Under the pieces are notes generated by a model, which was not told the origin of the DNA, did not search any database, and saw nothing but the letters and a program-made list of their open reading frames with translations. A stretch of DNA of 63,938 bases, the filler included, from Octopus bimaculoides (taxonomy: Eukaryota), in the NCBI RefSeq assembly GCF_001194135.2. It is 9 parts of 6 records of this genome, joined end to end, with 100 filler letters (N's around TTAATTAATTAA, not from the genome) between each part and the next. Parts side by side here need not be neighbours in the genome. Positions count along the whole stretch, not along the records: positions 3,601 to 18,476 come from NC_068983.1; positions 18,577 to 21,972 come from NC_068986.1; positions 22,073 to 42,167 come from NC_068983.1; 6 more parts are not named here. The stretch is one strand, 5' to 3'. Below, piece by piece: positions 10,765-24,560 of the stretch. Numbering within the stretch: the first letter of the stretch is position 1; each line of letters begins with the position of its first letter. Position numbers and translations under genes: made by a program.

Positions 10765-11144
10765 GGCAGTCCGTCGCTTACGACGTTGAGAGTTCCCGTT
10801 GATCCGATCAACGGATCAGCCTGCTCGTGAAATTAACGTGCAAGTGGCTGAGCACTGCACAGACACGTGTACCCTTAACGTAGTTCTCGGGGAGATTCAG
10901 CGTGACACAGAGTGTGACAAGGCTGGCCCTTTGAAATACAGGTACAAGAGAAACAGGAAGAAAGAGTGAGAGAAAGTTGTGGTGAAAGAGTACAGCAGGG
11001 TTCGCCACCATCCCCTGCCGGAGCCTCGTGGAACTTTAGGTGTTTTCGCTCAATAAACACTCGCAACACCCGGTCTGGGAATCAAAACCGCGATCTTATG
11101 ACCGCGAGTCCGCTGCCCTAACCACTGGGCCATTGCGCCTCCAC
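10765..11144 (-). mobile_element. Near full-length tRNA-derived SINE with (CAA)n tail
   Basis: Reverse strand begins gtggaggcgcaatggcccagtggttagggcagcggactcgcggtc...gattccc (A and B box-like), ends ...cgtaagcgacggactgcc(aac)n at 10746-10764. Confidence 0.85.
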
Positions 11145-11629
11145 TCTACACTAGTACACCCTAGGTAAATATACATGAAACACAATAATACAACTTACCA
11201 TGGCAGTAATACTGATACAGTGTTTACAACATTCTAAATATTCGATAAAATCCTCTTCGAGATCTAATAGCTTCTACGAGAATCGATTTCGCGATTGAAA
11301 ATGTACTGGGACACGAACACATTATGGCAACACCGATTAGCTACGATCTGTTGAAACTTTGGTTGCTTTGCTAGTAGCCTACCGACCTAACCAATTGGAT
11401 TTCACCACTCATACCTTCGTGCGCAGCAATATTCTTCATATTTTTCTAACTGTTTCTATAGCAAGATGTTTATCGCTCTCAATTTGGATCAACAATTATT
11501 TAAAAAAAATAAAGAAAATAAGAAAAGTGAATTCGGAAGAGTTGATTGCTACACGTTTGAGTAGCAAGAGCACAAGCGGATTCATCAGCAATAGCCTCTT
11601 TCTGGTGTTTAAATAACAGAGGCAACAAC

Positions 11630-11742
<113 letters not shown>

Positions 11743-12365
11743 CATGATAGAAAAAGTGAAAGAAAAAGAAGACCGAAGACTATTATTAATCCTCATTTCA
11801 TTAAATTTAATTCGGAAATCGATTAGAAAAATCAATAGAGTTCCTTTGAGAGAAAAAAAAACTGAGGTCTACACCAACACTTAAAATTAATAAAGCATAT
11901 TTAGCTTCAATATCCTACATTTCATAAAAGCTGAACATCCTCACAAATAAGGCTAATTAAAAAGAAAAGAAATAAAATACGCCAGGATAAAATATTTTTC
12001 TTCTTTTCATTTACATCTTTATTTTATGTTTTCGACAACAAAAACTGTTTGAAATTTCTCTGCTGTCGAGAAATCAACTTTCTGCGAAACTTTCGAAATG
12101 AAAAGTTGCTAACGGGATGTTGGTGTGGGGAAGAGGACGTTTTAAGTACAACACTGAAAAATATAGAGGTGCAGTCTCTTCAATTTGTACTCTAACAATA
12201 GTCTAAAATCTCAGATTTCTACTTGATATGATACGTTTACTCTCCTTCTTCCTATCTCCACACTTCCTCTCTTTCCTCCTCATGTACAAACACTAAAACA
12301 AGCATATCCACTAAGCATCATTCTGTAAGCATGTTATATATACATGCATATATATGTACACACAC

Positions 12366-12417
<52 letters not shown>

Positions 12418-12809
12418 GTGTGTGTGTGAATGTATATATAAAGTGTAGGGCATATGCGCATTGTACTTGACGTAGATAAAGAAGGAGAATGTGTGTATTA
12501 AGTGCTGTATCAAATAGAAATGAGATTGGTTGTTAAAGAGTCTAGAGAATGAGATTCCGCTAGTGTAGTTTTCACCCAATATGTAAATGTCAGCCTTGTT
12601 CCCATAACTTCTCGAGGAAAGACAAACATGATATAGGCTATATATTCGGTAATACTGATGACTACATGCTTTACCACTGAACATCCTAGCGATAAATTAT
12701 CCTCTCTTCTATCGCATCTACAAATTAGGACCATACCGTAGGGTGAAATTAGCACCAGCTTTTACAGGAAAGCCACCTACACTAGAAATCAGTCCTTCGA
12801 GACTAGTTT

Positions 12810-13140
12810 TTGATGAACGAGGGAGTTTTATATTGCTGCCCTCCTTGTTCTTTCTTACAGTGATGTAGGTTCATTTTGAACCTTGGAAAACAGAATGTTA
12901 AGGTGCTTCATGAAAACATCTAACTCACTCTAGGTAGATCTCTGAGGTTGATTACCAAATTCAAATATGAAATAGCTATGGGCCTTTGAATCAAAAGCGA
13001 CTACAGTACCTGGTCCTTACTAAAGACGAGATGGGCGGGATCTTTTAAACAGTGCAATACCGTCTTATTCGATGCCTAAGTCTGGTTCCAACCAGGCCCT
13101 CTAAGACCTTCCATGTGTATATCACTGCATATTTCTCCCG
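12810..13140 (-). mobile_element. Degraded CR1/L2-like LINE ORF2 3' end
   Basis: With stops/frameshifts: TWKVLEGLV..KIPPISSLVRTRYCSRF*FKGP*LF..LRDLPRV..DVFMKHL..NEP..RAA; parallels the copy at 22140-22480. Confidence 0.6.
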
Positions 13141-13250
13141 TCTTTGACCAGGTCGTAAATGTTTAATCTCTTTTCTTATCCATATGCTTTATTTTCTAAA
13201 ACTGCATTTCTGTGAATTGCGAAATCACTATTACACACGCACACACAGAC

Positions 13251-13302
<52 letters not shown>

Positions 13303-13470
13303 TAATACCTATAATATACAATTGTGACCGGTCATGGCTTGTTAATACGAAACCGTGCTTTCGTTAATTATTTTATCGAAAGTATGCTACAAGTTAGCAA
13401 TCTGTGCACGCATACATACACTCACATGCATACATACACACGCAAGCATACACACTTATGGATGAACAGG

Positions 13471-13511
<41 letters not shown>

Positions 13512-13687
13512 NNNNNNNNNNNNNNNNNNNNNNNNNNNNNNNNNNNNNNNNNNNNNNNNNNNNNNNNNNNNNNNNNNNNNNNNNNNNNNNNNNNNNNNNN
13601 NNNNNNNNNNNNNNNNNNNNNNNNNNNNNNNNNNNNNNNNNNNNNNNNNNNNNNNNNNNNNNNNNNNNNNNNNNNNNNNNNNNNNNN

Positions 13688-13775
13688 GTGTGTGTGCGGG
13701 AGTGTGTGTGTGCGGGAGTGTGTGTGTGCGGGAGTGTGTGTGTGCGGGAGTGTGTGTGTGCGGGAGTGTGTGCGT
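13688..13775 (+). repeat. 16-bp minisatellite (GCGGGAGTGTGTGTGT)n, ~5 copies
   Basis: cggga recurs every 16 nt from 13697 to 13761; abuts a gap. Confidence 0.9.
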
Positions 13776-14952
13776 GCGTGCGCTCGTGCGTACGGAATAT
13801 TCTCCAAGCGCAAAATATCGATATACCGTTCACTACTCTTTGAAAATTTTAATGATCGATTGCTTATTTTAAAACTTGTTCTCCACTGATCACTAACCGG
13901 TAAGAACGTCTCCTCAGTATCGACGCATTAGCTATCAAATTCTTGTCCATAATGTTCCGCCATCAACAAACCAGACGCTATTATGGGAAGTTGAATCTAA
14001 ACTGTCGGATGGATTTATATGCACTTTATTTAAGAATATATCTGAAGTTGTAAAATCTTTTAAGTAACTTCTGTTTTCTTGTTTTCACTTTGTAAATCTT
14101 ACTGGTAGCATTAAGTAATAATCCTTCTTTAAATTTATCTATCTATCAGAGATAGAGACTTATTTGCACTCATATTTGTCCGTCTCTACACAACTCATCT
14201 GCGCACACATTCAGAAGCCTCTTTTATCTTTTGCACTTTAGTATAACATTTTGATATTTATAATCTTTTCCAGAAAAAGAAATGGTGTTGGGAGGGAGAA
14301 TATAAATAGGAAAAGTAATGTAATGTTACTCACTCACTCTCTTTCTCTTTCTCTCACACACACATACGCGCGCGCACGCACACACATACACACACACACA
14401 TATACATATAGTGCTTTATTTCGAGGACATTTTAAAGTAGTCGTTTAAAGATTATAGTGTTGTTTTCTCTCAGGATTCAAACCCAAAACAAGAATGCGTT
14501 GAGGAGTAGGAGATTGAAATGTGAGTATGAAGTGAAAGACGAAAAGTCAATGGGGAGGACGGCTCTTTACTAGAGGGAGGAACTCTCCGAATTTGAAGAT
14601 AAAATACGGTTAGAGAAGACCGACATTGATTGTGTATTTTAGTGTATGTGCACGTATGTAAGTGCACGTGTATCTGAATTTGTGTGAATGCAAAATAGAC
14701 ATATTACAGCAATATATATATATATATACATACATATATAGATATACGGGCAACTAAACGCACACAAATTACACGTGTATCTGTTAAAATATGTGTGATG
14801 TGTGTATGTAAATATATCTATGTATACGTGTGTGAGTATATGTATTTATGTGTATATACATATATACACACACATATAAATACATATACACACACATATA
14901 CATACACATACACACATCACACATATATTAACAGATACACGTGTAATTTGTG

Positions 14953-15009
<57 letters not shown>

Positions 15010-15012
15010 TTC

Positions 15013-15043
<31 letters not shown>

Positions 15044-15966
15044 TACATGTATTTATGAACGTTATTCGCTTGTGTATACTTGTGTGTGTAAAAGTATGCT
15101 ATGTGCATAACTATCCCTTTGCACATAAAAGTATGATTCTCTGGGTCTCTTTATCTCTATATACTCGTGTCTGTAACTTAGTATTGATAGAAGTAACATG
15201 TAGTTCTATCAGCTTCAGATGCCGTTATCACACTAATTACATCATTATACCAATTAAGAAGTTCTAAGGCTATTTCTAAATCTGTTGCGTCTCTATTGTG
15301 TCTAACGAAGTCTAATTGTCTTACATCATTTAATGCCGTAACAAGATCCACATCCATCAACTTATAAATGAGTAATATTAAATCTCACATAATACATCAT
15401 GGCTGACTAGTTTACATCGGATTGCCTAAATCGATAGAATGCAGTATACAATGTGCCCAAAGTTCAGTGGTTCTTGCACTTTCACTGGAAGCTCTATGTT
15501 AGTAACTAGAAAACATAGTTATTTCTATCTTCATTCACCTCACTCAGTACAGGTTTTGAATTATGGTCAGACCACGACAGATGCATGAGCAGCGCATTAG
15601 CTGTAGTCGCTGAAGAAGCAGGGAAATTCCTTTCGAATAGTTTAGCAGCATTTCTGGGACGGAGTGAAGGTGACCTCTTGCCTTTGTTGTACAGAAAAGA
15701 TTAACGCCATATCATTGTAGGTCAAACGAGTTAGATGCTTTTCACTTTCATGAACAGAGGCATCTATCAATGTGAAAGGAGATGATAACAGATCAATCTT
15801 AGAAAGAAACGAACTAAACAATTTATTCTGATTTGCACGCAGAAGCAACCTAAAGCTATATCATAAATTCCTGAATTGTTAAAATGGCGTCGCAGCTTAA
15901 CGACACGAAACCTCATGTCCATTGTGTCGTATCCATTTACAAATAAATGAACTGTGATAAGGAAAA

Positions 15967-16004
<38 letters not shown>

Positions 16005-16128
16005 NNNNNNNNNNNNNNNNNNNNNNNNNNNNNNNNNNNNNNNNNNNNNNNNNNNNNNNNNNNNNNNNNNNNNNNNNNNNNNNNNNNNNNNNNNNNNNNN
16101 NNNNNNNNNNNNNNNNNNNNNNNNNNNN

Positions 16129-17140
16129 GTTTTCAAACAGAGAAACACATCCCTCGCAGTCAACTATCGCCCAATCTCACTCAACTCCCACACCATTAAA
16201 GTGTTTGAAAGTGTAGTAAGATCAAGGACAGCTGGCTTCCTGGAGATCTACAAACTCCTAAATGCAAATCAGCATGGCGTTCGCTGTGACAGGACTGTTT
16301 AACACAGCTCTTATTGAAGATATACTTAAAGCCTTGGGAACAGGTTCGAAATCTAATGTCATATATCTTGACTTTAGTAAAGCGTTCGACAGGTTTGATC
16401 ATAATGTTTCTCTCAAAATTGGCAAATGTTGGAATCCGTGGAAAACTTCTACACTGGATTGAGTATGTCCTGGCGAATAGAACACACATGTTGTGGTCGA
16501 TAGAGTCCACTCAAGCCCAGCAAAAGTCACCAGTGGTGTCCCCCGGGGGACTGTCTGGAGCTCGCTCCTCTTTATAATCTATATAAACGACCTTTCCAAC
16601 GTCGTAAAACACTGCTAGGTGAAAATATTTGCTGATGACACTAAGCTCCAGCAAATCATCAATGAAGAAGACCGAACTCAACTCCAGTCTCATCTATATG
16701 CGGTGAGTCAATGGACAGACAAAACAAAATAGAAATAAACGAGGGAAAATTTGAGCTGAGGCATTTTGGAAGAAAGACTATACTAAAACAGTCATACTCT
16801 CTTCCTTCAGGGGAACCGCTCACAGTATCTAGAAGTAATTGTTGATAACAATCTCAGTTGGAGTACCCACATCAACAATAAGTTCGATATAGCTCGTAAG
16901 ATAAGCTCCTGGATCTCAAAAAACCTTCCGGTCCAGAGAACAAGGTGTCATCATTCCACTTTTCTCCTCCTTTGTACGGCCACACCTCGAATACTAAACG
17001 AATTAAGAGCATGACTTATCTCGATTACTGAGATTGCCTTAAAGCCTTGAAACTCTACTCTCTCCAGCGCCGCCGTGAGCGATACACTATTTGTACAATG
17101 TGGAGAATATACCACCAACATTGCCCAAACAACCTGAACA
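16129..17140 (+). mobile_element. CR1/L2-like LINE reverse transcriptase relic (multiple stops/frameshifts)
   Basis: NYRPISLNSHTIKVFE, NANQHG, IYLDFSKAFDRFDH, GIRGKLLHWI, YINDL, KIFADDTKL, FVRPHLEY, LKLYSLQRRRERY. Confidence 0.95.
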
Positions 17141-17149
17141 TTAGTGACG

Positions 17150-18092
17150 CCGACATTAGTCTCAGGTCACAACATAATAGAGCTGTCTATATTTGGGCCG
17201 AAAGTAACCAGAGACATACAGCCTAAAGGAAGCACCTGAAATTTCTCCAATCTGAACTTCCACAAAGTAGACTGGAAATCGATCCAAAAAGAGATCCTCA
17301 GACAGGACTGGTTAAAATGTCTCACTACACCAGACATTGACATGAAACTAGACTATTTCATGTGTGTTGTGCAAGCCATATGCCAGGAATATGTCCTAGA
17401 GCACATGACCAAAACAAATAGGAACAAGATTCCAAGGGAGAGGAAGATCCTCATGAGACGACGGACGAAGGTTACAAATCGACTCAGCCAACATCCCAAA
17501 AGTAGCGAAAGGTCCTGCCGAAAAACAGCACTGATGGAGATTGAAAAAAGGCTGCAACAATCTTATGTGAGGGAGAGAGCAGACAAAGAAGCCTGGGTTA
17601 TAAAAATATTAAGCCAAACTCAAAGGCCTTCTTTCGTTACACGAAAGAAACAGCCTCAGTACGCTACAAGATAGGACTCCTCTTCCAAAAGGATGGCTCC
17701 CTCACAGACAGTCCAACGAGGATCAGTAAGGTACTGAATGACCAGTTCAAAAATGTCTTTATCACCCCGTTGGAACACAGACAAGCGAACAAACCAATGG
17801 ACTTCTTTGCTGCCTCACCTATAACCAGCGAAGCAATTACAATGGAATACATCAACACTAGCGAAGAAGATTTACTACTAGCCATAGATGAGGTGGACAC
17901 AAACTCAACTGGTGGTCCTGATGGTTTCTCAGCAATCCTCCTCAAATCGTGTAAGCATGCACTGGCAAAAAAACCCTCCAGTTTCTCTTCCAAAGCTTTC
18001 TTGCAAATGGCAGACTGCCAATCAAGCTGAAAGAGGGAATAATATGCCCAATTCTTAAAGGGGGAAGAAGAGCAGATACCAAAATCTATAGG
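17150..18092 (+). mobile_element. Second CR1/L2-like LINE relic: end of APE domain, tether and RT entry
   Basis: SGHNIIEL, NLNFHKVDW, KIPRERKILMRRR, KAFFRY, LNDQFKNVF, AIDEVDTNSTGGPDGFSAILLKSCK, GIICPILKGG..IYRP. Confidence 0.9.
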
Positions 18093-18409
18093 CCTGCGCA
18101 GTAGATCTGAAAAAATTAGGATGCATAAATGAGAGGCATGGAATTGATTGCCTCGAGTTTATATATTTCAGTCTTAGGTGTACCTGTTGAAAACGACTTC
18201 ACCTAGCAAATTATATTATTTGCTAAACTAAAGTCAGAAACCGATTTGGTCCAGGAGAGGAGATGGTAAAAGTCTTAATTTTTCATTTCGTTCCTTTCGA
18301 GATTTTATCCCTAATTTGGTGGTCCTAGAACCTAGCTGTTCTTTCTAGCGTAAGGGATCCCATGAGTGGATTCCTCTTATATATTTAAATATACACTGTA
18401 CCTAATTAG

Positions 18410-18448
<39 letters not shown>

Positions 18449-18576
18449 TGAAAAAAGGTCGTCAGAATATATATATNNNNNNNNNNNNNNNNNNNNNNNN
18501 NNNNNNNNNNNNNNNNNNNNTTAATTAATTAANNNNNNNNNNNNNNNNNNNNNNNNNNNNNNNNNNNNNNNNNNNN

Positions 18577-18810
18577 GGTGGCACATAAAAGACACCATTT
18601 CGAGCGTGGCCGTTTTCGTGCGGGTGACACGTAAAAGCACCCACTACACTCTCTGAGTGGTTGGCGTTAGGAAGGGCATCCAGCTGTAGAAACTCTGCCA
18701 AATCAGACTGGAGCCTGGTGTTGCCATCCGGTTTCACCAGTCCTCAGTCAAATCGTCCAACCCATGCTAGCATGGAAAGCGGACGTTAAACGATGATGAT
18801 GATGATGATG
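18577..18810 (+). mobile_element. SINE (family of 585-873), 5' end lost in gap
   Basis: Same body and catgctagcatggaaagcggacgttaaac(gat)n tail. Confidence 0.85.
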
Positions 18811-20214
18811 ATATGTATGTATGTATGTATGTATATCTTTTACCTATGTAAAGGATGTAAACATTTACCAGACAAAAAATGCTAATTTTTAAATAAAATC
18901 CTTTGCAATATGTTCTGCACTGAATAACATATGCTCCTTTGTTATTTTCACCTATAGAAATGCTGTGACCCAGTGATTGGTGCATTGGAAGACTGTTACC
19001 AATCATGCTATGGCTAAAACAAAAATAAATATTGGTGAGATGATTGGTGATTGGATGTTATTTGGGTAATATCTTTCACTTTATTTTTACATTGCCTACC
19101 TCTGAGCTTGTCATGTGTAGTAGGGAGAAAGGTAAGCATGAGATAATGCATCCTTGAGTTAATCAGAATGTATTTACTTTCATTGGATTATAATGTTATT
19201 CTACTCACTAGGGTAGCTAAAAGTAAAATGATGGAGATTAGTTTACCTTGGAAGATATTTTTTGTTGACAGTTCTTCTTTGTTGCATTTTTCATGTGTGT
19301 GTGTGGTGGTATTGATGTTAGTGGCAAACTCAAGGCATGCTCAGGATGACACAAATTCACATCATGTCACTGAGTGTATTATGATGTTTCTTTTGTAGGA
19401 TGATTTGAATTGGATTTAGTATTGTAAGCTTACTAAATACATTTTTCTGAAACACTGGGCTCATTAATAACAACTAGAAAATATACCTTGCTCATGGTAT
19501 ATATGTGTTATATATATGTAGACTCTCACTCCTCATTTACTAATAGAGGTCTCTAACACTTCTTCAGCAACCACCTCCAGCACTAAATATATCACCAACT
19601 TGCTACTGAAGAAGTTTCTTCATGGTTCGTCACATTATCAATAACACCAGTCAATTATTTTGTTTTGTTTTTTAAGTCATCTTAAAAAGAAAGGAGACAT
19701 AAGAAATGTAGTGTTATACATACAAAGAGATGAGTTGGTTACAGTTAGAACAATTTTGATTACAGACCTGCATGATTGGGGCTGCCCTGTGGCTAACCAA
19801 CAGCAAGGATCTATCAAGTACCTGAATATTCAATAGATTATACTTTATCTGGCACATCTATATATCTGAAACATTAAAAGTTCTGTCAATCTGCCAAAAA
19901 TTCTACTGCACTGAGTGCCTAATAATGTGTTCCTACTAATTCTTTCATCTATATCCAGCAAGGTTACTCCTTCCTCTTCTTTCTGGCTGACATTCTAATG
20001 ACTTTAGCTGCTTTGGCTCTAATGTGTGCTGCTGAAAATAGAAAATTGCAGCTACAGTTGTTAAATGTGTGTTAACAGCTTCGATTAGAATCTATTCAAT
20101 AAAACAGCTCATCAAAAACTATTTCAGAAACTAATTATTTCAATTTGGCTTTAAAATTATTTCATTTGAATGATTGATTTGATTATTATCCTGTAATTTC
20201 TGCATGGTACCTAC

Positions 20215-20334
20215 CTGTGCACTTTGTTGTATTAACAAGCTGGTAACCAGAATTACAAGAACATTTGTAACTTCCTTTGAAATTGATGCAATTCTGTTGG
20301 CAGCCACCATTTTTTTCAGAACATTCATTCTTGT
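20215..20334 (-). CDS. Calcium-binding EGF-like domain exon (120 nt, phase 1-1) of an extracellular or membrane protein
   Basis: aatctgtctatttcag|AC AAG AAT GAA TGT...AAG TGC ACA G|gtaggt; translates (D)[39 protein letters not shown]: six cysteines in EGF spacing, D-x-N-E-C start, C-x-N-x-x-G-S-Y-x-C signature. Confidence 0.92.
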
Positions 20335-21887
20335 CTGAAATAGACAGATTAATAATTTATAAACAAAACCTTGCTATTTTTTCAGTATATATTTTTTATT
20401 AATTATATGTATATTTGCTAATTATATGTTTGATAGTCAAACCTTTGATAGCTGGGAATGACTGAATATCAACTGAATAAATTTTAGTTTATCACACATT
20501 GTTATTTTATTGTTTCTGGGAAGATACAAGATAAAGTTGATTTGGTTGAGATCTGAAGCCAGAATCTAGAGCAATGAAACTAAATATGATTTGATATTTA
20601 GACTGTTCTTTATAATTTCTGGGGTATTTGAACTGAGAACCTTAATATCACGAAGGTTTTTTTTTTATCCAACATTCTAGTGATTCTACCAACTCACCAG
20701 ACATTAATGGTAATATTGATTTGTTACATAGGCACAAAGACACAATTTTGGTGAAGGGATATATTGACACCAGTACTTAATTTTATTAATTCCTGATAGT
20801 TGAAAGGCAAGATGACTTCAATAGGACTTGAGCTCAGAATGTAAAGGGTAGTAACTAAATACTCTAAGATATTTTGTCTGATGTTCTAACAATTCTATTT
20901 ATATTTTCATTATTTTTTATTTGTTAGAGTTGTGATAATGAAAAATTTTAAAGTTGGATTGTATTGTTTATACAGGAGGACTTGAATTAATCTCTGCAAC
21001 CTAACAAAACATTCATCAGTTTTATAGTGTTCCCACAACTTTAATGGAGGATCCATTTGAGCTTATGATACCTATTTATAGTTAGGTTTGAATCATTAGA
21101 AATTATATGCTGGTGAAGTAATCACAAACTATTGGTTCCTCAGTGGTTGTTTAACACTAGCTGAGGATTAACTATTTTAATATCAAAGGCTTTCTCATAA
21201 TAAATATTCTTCTTGTGATCTACATGGCTGGTATTTACCTAGTGTCATATTTGCTTTGTTAGCTGTTAGTCCATGCATTTATTATGAAAAGATATTTGGA
21301 GGACTTACAATTTTTTCCCTTCTCTTTCCTCCTCGCTGTATTGCTACATTTAATACAAATATTTGGATTTGAACATTTCTGTTTGAGTTTAGAGCAAGTA
21401 ACTTGTAACTAAATGACTTTCCTAGATCTAATCACTATCATTACTGATATTGCCTATGTTATTTATTACAATAGTTTTTCCTTTTTGTATAGGTTTTCTT
21501 TCAATGGAAACTTTCAAAGCTAAGTCCACACATTAACTCAGCTATTGCCAACGTGAGAGCCTCTGCATGGTCACTGTAGCTGCTAGTTAGAAAAAAGTCA
21601 CAGCTTGCCCACTTAGATTAGGAAAGAACATTAAATAATGTAGTCCAATAAACCCCTAAAAAGACTGAGTGGTTAAAAATAGAAAGCCTCTAATCACAGG
21701 TCTACTAAATAAGGGCTGACCTAGAGTTAAACCTCAACCATAACAAGTTGTTAATTATACTGTGTTTTCAGGGCCATCACATGACTTTTAGTAGCCTCCT
21801 GCAACTTTTTATTTCAAGACCTCATCTCTTATATCGAAATTCATAACCTATGCACCTTTTATTCATAGCTATATTTTATTCTATCTG

Positions 21888-21972
21888 AAGTTCAATATTT
21901 CACGTTATCTTTAAAAGTTCAAAATTTCATGTTATCTTTAAAAGTTCAAAATTTCACGTTATCTTTAAAAGT
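21888..21972 (+). repeat. 27-bp tandem repeat, 3+ copies, running into a gap
   Basis: gttcaaaatttcacgttatctttaaaa; gttatcttt at 21904, 21931, 21958. Confidence 0.9.
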
Positions 21973-22139
21973 NNNNNNNNNNNNNNNNNNNNNNNNNNNN
22001 NNNNNNNNNNNNNNNNTTAATTAATTAANNNNNNNNNNNNNNNNNNNNNNNNNNNNNNNNNNNNNNNNNNNNAAGTGGCTGTGGTCATGCTGGAGCACCA
22101 CCGTGACTTTCTGTCTTTATGCTGTGTTCTCTTCACGTT

Positions 22140-22579
<440 letters not shown>

Positions 22580-22733
22580 GACAGATAGATAGACAGGCAG
22601 ATAGACAGACAGGCAGAAGAGACAGACAAATAGATTGACACATAGAGATAGATAGATAAAGATAGATATGGCTGCTCTGTGGGGTTACCCTGGATTTTAC
22701 GTTCATTAAGCGCGTTTCTTCAGTTCCTAAAAC

Positions 22734-22766
<33 letters not shown>

Positions 22767-23071
22767 TGTGCAATACAAATGCAGATTAAGATGCAATCCA
22801 TGAAGCGTCCGTAATAAATGAAACTTTTTTTCCGCAAATCGTCAGAGTGCTTATCTGATATTCAGGAAATTACTTTTTTTCCGAAACCGATATATGCATT
22901 CTAGGGAAGAAACTACAAAGAAAATTTTCATTATCACATTTTGGTTTCGTCGTTTAAAGGTGTGACCATCATAAGATTGGTTTGCTGTGTTTATCATATT
23001 TTAATATACGCCAAGCGTAATTTTAGTTTCGAAACTGACACGACGAATTCCAAGTCAAATAAATCAACATC

Positions 23072-23072
23072 A

Positions 23073-23137
<65 letters not shown>

Positions 23138-23154
23138 ATAGTAGCAGCAGCAGC

Positions 23155-23213
<59 letters not shown>

Positions 23214-23240
23214 CAGCAGCAGCAGCAGTAAAGAAGCAGT
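23072..23240 (+). repeat. Compound (TAG)n/(CAG)n microsatellite
   Basis: Direct reading. Confidence 0.97.
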
Positions 23241-23744
23241 AGTAATATAAGAAGTAGCAGCGGAAATATTAGTGATGATATTAGCATTAACAACCCTGTT
23301 CCTCTTAGCATAATCGTAGTCTTGAAGATGGAAGAAAATTTAAAATGCAAACACTAATAGGAACGCAAACATCGATTAGATCGCTTCGCACGACGTTATG
23401 CAAACGTGATTATATACGTTTTTTTTTGTATCGAATGTATTTATATTCTCGCAGTGTACAGGATAAATCGTTTTTGTGAGGTCGTTAGTATGAATTTAGA
23501 AGAGGACGCATAATTCATCAAAGGAAAGCAAAATAGTTCACATAATCTTGGAAATGCCTTTATCACATATATTCAATGAATTTATCGTTAGCATGAATGG
23601 CTGCTTCAATACAGTATCGGAAGCGATGACATGCCTGAATCAAATGATCTTTATCAATTTTGGACACTGTACTAGTTATGGCGGATTTGAGAAATCATAT
23701 GGTACTATGGAGGTGTTGATTTATCTCTCTCTCTCTCTCTCGCC

Positions 23745-24560
23745 TAAGCCCAATACGTAAGCGTGCAGTGGAATGTGGTCTGGCGAGCTAAGACACCATG
23801 TGTATAGAGTAACATGATTATTGAGATTGGCACGCCTTCATTCCCGGGTAGTCTTAGTCTTATGAGACGGTGAAGAATCTCGTTGGAAGATTTATGGTTT
23901 TCTATTGCGTACTCTTTTTATCCAAAGCCTCACAACTTTCTGTGACACCGCTGTGTGGACAGCAGTATTGACTCCTAAGCCCAGTGGACACAAAAACAAA
24001 AACATGAGGAGTCATGACAATTCCTTCATTACGACGTCTCCCCGAAACACCACAGTTGCTGGTAATTTATTATGCATGACCGCAGAAACCTAATTCAAGT
24101 CTCTGCATAACTACGTTCTTCATAGGACAAAAAGGAAATTATTCCGATCTCTTGTCGTTTTAATTTGTTCACGAAGTGCTTTGCGAGGATCGAACGATAA
24201 TCTCTTGCCACATCCGACATAACCTGACCCTTTCATGTGACATACTAGAACCGGACGTCCTCAAGCACAATTCTTGTGATGGTGTATTCTGAAACCTTGG
24301 GGTCCTTTGCAATAGTTCTGATTGATCTTCCGAGGTTTTAACCGATTATTTCCTTGAGATTTTAGACAAAGTTTTGTCTTCTGTTGGTATTAGGACCCTA
24401 TGCATACGTTCTGCGTTTACCTACTGGTGTTGGATCCCGATCAACAGCTTCTAGCTCCTTTCGAAATTTGAAAGCGACTCTGTACCTCCAGGCTGCGCAT
24501 TTAAGGCAACGATCACAGCGTGTCTTTCCATTTGCCGAGTCAACTTGATGTATGGTGTTC
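23745..24560 (-). mobile_element. Decayed Tc1/mariner-superfamily transposase, maT/DD37D-like
   Basis: Reverse strand with stops/frameshifts: PR.SIRTIAKD.KVSEYTITRIVLED, VMHNKLPATVV, GLGVNT, VVRLWIKRV..KP*IFQRDSSPSHKTKTT, W..SSPDHIPL..YV.G. Confidence 0.75.

Noticed and set aside
10765-11144. tRNA-like heads at 11144, 5316, 54087, 27138
   Set aside because: A/B-box-like heads run into SINE bodies and no complete cloverleaf is evident; these are SINEs, not tRNA genes
11199-11273. Possible minus-strand exon (KLLDLEEDFIEYLECCKHCISITAM) with a GTAAGT donor
   Set aside because: Weak acceptor, phase 0-0 does not fit the phase-1 exons, no recognisable motif
20140-20328. ORF-track peptide [12 protein letters not shown]...
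   Set aside because: Wrong frame; the real signal is the spliced cbEGF exon in another frame
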